A stretch of DNA of 64,000 nucleotides from Schizochytrium sp. TIO01 (Eukaryota; Protista; Bigyra: Labyrinthulomycetes): the NCBI GenBank assembly GCA_004764695.1, contig SMSO01000025.1, positions 4,194,862-4,258,861 of the forward strand. The letters run 5' to 3'. Shown here in pieces: positions 58,930 to 64,000 of this stretch. A program made the translations under genes and the position numbers. The notes beneath the pieces were generated by a model. It was not told the DNA's origin and searched no databases. It saw only the letters and a list, made by a program, of their open reading frames with translations. Within the stretch, counting starts at the first letter, position 1. The number at the start of each line of letters is the position of its first letter.

Positions 58930-59858
58930 ACATTTGCATATTCTCCCTCCCAATGAATCAAACAAACATCATCATTTAGCTGAAAATAATCATTCTCCTA
59001 ATCTTGTCTTGTGACTTTGCTTGCTATATTTCGTTGACGTTTTACGAATAGTCATAACTTTGAGGAATATATTCCCATCTTAAGAACACAGACAGCTTCA
59101 GTCGTTTGCTGTTACGCTACACCGACGCATTGCCTTTACTACTTTTGAAAAGAATATTATAATGGCGGGAGGAGTTGTGAGAAGGTAGCTTGGGACAATA
59201 TAACTAACTGCCTTGCTCTTGGATACGAGACCCTCTAAATTGCGAGAGAAGATTGGAATAGAGGAATTCCGTAGCATTTCGAAATTATTTCCATTCATTC
59301 TTTTGCGAGTTGAACGAAATCGTAAAAAGTCATAATGTCAATGTCTTCAAATCGATGGTCTGCCATAGCCCCAAATCGCGCTCATCGCAAATTCATCCTA
59401 GTATGATACCTTCGTATTTCAATGTCATAGTGGGACGGCAGGAAATTAGCCTATACTTATCCAACTGCACAGTACTCGTCACATCAACTCCTGCACACCT
59501 GTGTACCTATGCATGTGAGTATGTGATATAGGATACAATTAGCTAAAGATCGACTGGAATGAAGCATTTCTTAAAGTTTAGAAACTTACCAGTCTAGTTG
59601 CTAAGTTTGTTCATGGTCCAAGTATATTTCGAAGACTGGGAGCAAGGCTCTGCGTAATTATTAGCAAGGGCAGTCTTCACGGTTCCTAACTTGATTCTAC
59701 TTTTTGCTTTTTCTTCTTCTTGTTTTTACTAATTTATATTCAACTTAATATCATATCTTCAAGTTGGTCACGGTCTTTAAAAGAAGAAGAAGAAAAGAAA
59801 AGAAAAACGACTTTTTAAATTAAAAATTATTAACAATTTCTTAAACACAAAATAGCAG

Positions 59859-59881
59859 CTACTACTACTACTACTACTACT
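59859..59881. repeat. (CTA)n microsatellite
   Basis: Seven full units plus CT. Confidence 0.9.
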
Positions 59882-60818
59882 CTTAGTAATAACTACTAGT
59901 AGGTAGCATGGCCACACACATACACACTCTCAAAACTTAGGTCAAATCTCAAGCCAAAGCAGTCACCCATTGTTCTGGCTAGATGCCAAAGAACGAGGCC
60001 TCGAAAGCTCGTGAGGACTACAAATGTAGACGAAACACTATAGACAGCCAGACGCCAGGCTAGCTTCAGACTGCCGGCAACATTTCGAGCGCGGCCTGTT
60101 TTATTCGGGCTCCGAGTCCAATCTCGCGCTCGGCGATGCGCCGTTTAGTCCCGCACGTGCCCTAGCAGTTGGATAGCTACTGCTAGCTAGCTTGAGATAC
60201 TAGGTATCTCCTAGCAATGCCTATGTAAGCACGTATATCTGCCTATCAAAATTAAGCGAAAGAGCGGCTTCCTCTGTGGCTTGGTCCCCAGATAGCGTTA
60301 ACGGTAGGAGTGCAGGTCATCTTCATCGGCACGGTTCACGACGGACTTTGATCAGAAATGAGAGTTCCGAGTGGGATAAAGAAAGAAAGAAAGAAATGAA
60401 GAAAGAGCTTCAAGCTTCAATCATCAGTGCGAATGCAGAGAAAGCGGAAAGAAGCAGTCGATTGCTGTTTCGTCCATTGCGCCACTGTCATTAAACGTAG
60501 TGAGTATTATTCTCTAAAATGTGCTTTCTCCAGAGTTATGTTGGTTAATTTTTGATTAAAAGTTAAACGAAAGAAGAGAAAAGAAAAGAAAAGGTTATCG
60601 ATATGATGTCAATCCGATAAGTCAGTACAAACAAACAAACGACCTCTTAATAAAAGCTCGCTCACTCAGACAGAACTCCATTCACATCTCCTTCTCAGGG
60701 TAACAGCCAGCTCTCATCGGAGAATTAAGCGCCCAATATTCACCTCCAACCTCGGAGGAGAGAGATCGATACTTTCAACAAGTTGGGCCCTCAATCGGAG
60801 AAATCCATGAGCCTTGCA

Positions 60819-60860
60819 AACAGAAGAACAGAACAGAACAGAAGAACAGAACAGAACAGA
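60819..60860. repeat. 18-bp duplication built from AACAG/AAG units
   Basis: AACAGAAGAACAGAACAG x2 plus a partial unit. Confidence 0.8.
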
Positions 60861-61977
60861 CCAAACAAAATAGAACAGTCGAAGAGAACGGGAAAGAAAG
60901 ATTAGGCTTTCTATGTTCCTCCCTTCTTCTCTATACACGTATATACGTATATACGCACCGTATAGACGTACTAAGTACCCTGCGCCCCTACCGGATGCCT
61001 ATGTACTGCTACCCGCACCCTCATTTCGTAGGAAGGCGGCAAGCCAGTCCTGTAAGGTTCGGCTAGCGTTTGCCGTAGCAGTGCCTACGACAGACGAATG
61101 AGACAGAAGAAAGAAGAAAGAAGAAAGAAGAAAGAAGAAGCCTTTGAAAACGCAGAGCGAACGGAGAGAGCGCTCAATGACTCGAAGAAAGACACGTGAG
61201 AGCAGAGGCAGAGAGCGCAGATACGCGTACGATGGATGGGGCGTGAGGTATCTTCGAGAGGAAAAGACCCTTTTCCGAGGCCCCAAAGGGCTCAGAGAGA
61301 AAGAAAGAAAGAAAGAAAGAGCCATAAGAAACGTTTTTCTTTTCCTTCTTTCATTCATTCTGTTCCTTCTCTATCAAAGTATGTATTATGTCAGACGGAG
61401 AAAATGCCTTTGATCTTAGGAATTAACGTTTCGATTACGTGGACAGTGCTAAGGTTTAGCCTAAGGGGGACTATGAGACTCACGGGAGGTGTCCAAAGAT
61501 AAATTGCGCGACCCTCCTTAAGAAGGGCGGAAAAGCACCTTAAGAGCCTTCCTTCGCGAAATTCGCTCGTGCACACTGTGGGAGAGTTGGCCATAAGTTC
61601 GGCCGTCTCCCCCTCTCTCCACTGAGACTGAAAGAGGCCCTCACGGCCAGAGGGGAGAGAGGGAGGGTGCGCAGATGGGATGAGAGGGGCCCCACTGGGA
61701 TATCTTTGCGTGACTTCCGTATCGCAAAGGCTTGCGTCAGTGCCTCATGGTAGAGGGGGTGGGACGCTCAGTGGGGGCTGTGAGGGGGAGCCGAAGTGCC
61801 AGCTTGGCAAATTGGGGAAAGTATTGAGAAACTCGCGCGCCGTTGTGAGGAGGGGCATTCAAATTATCCCAGTGGGGTAAGAGGGGGGCTGCCTTCAGTG
61901 GGCGCGTCGGCCGAGTGATCAAGCGCCTTCAGTCTATCAATCGCCGTCGCGTCCGCCGGCGAGTCCCCGTTCCGCAG

Positions 61978-63724
<1,747 letters not shown>

Positions 63725-64000
63725 ACGACCTTATCGCGCTCTAATACAACACAACTCCAGAGATCCAGCAAACGTGTCAACCAATTCGAACATTTTTTTT
63801 TTACTTTTCTACTTTCTCTCTTCTATTTGTTATTTTGGAATTTGTTTAAGGAATGTGAAACTGCGCACTATGTGTAAAAACAAAATTGGACTTTGGACAA
63901 GTTTTTGTTTTTTGTATTCCACTAAATAAATCCCAACTTGATAGAGACTTCTAGCCTGGGCTGATTCTTGTATTAAACGGAATAAGAGTACTTCCGTCTT

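Overview
Eukaryotic, almost intron-free genomic DNA. My inference from gene content and intergenic style is a flagellate-stage protist, most like a labyrinthulomycete/thraustochytrid stramenopile; this is not proven. Nine protein genes are supported. They are a 3'-truncated myristoylated EF-hand/IQ coiled-coil protein (missed by the ORF track because it runs off the left edge), an LRR-IQ-EF-hand protein, a probably mitochondrial SDR, a secreted reprolysin/ADAM-like metalloprotease, a ~2500-aa helical-repeat protein split across two ORFs (joinable by a 58-nt intron), an Sfi1-like centrin-binding protein, an ankyrin-WW-coiled-coil KCBP-type kinesin-14 with a 1-nt frameshift, Nup93/Nic96 and a UBE2D/Ubc4 E2. 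Five of the nine carry calmodulin/centrin-binding or EF-hand motifs, which suggests a Ca2+-regulated basal-body/flagellar neighbourhood. An ~18-kb gene-free interval (14.7-32.9 kb) shows quasi-periodic AT-rich tracts, a recurrent TAGGTAG word, palindromes and a pair of related palindromic inverted repeats. I could not support any rRNA, tRNA, CRISPR array or intact transposase.
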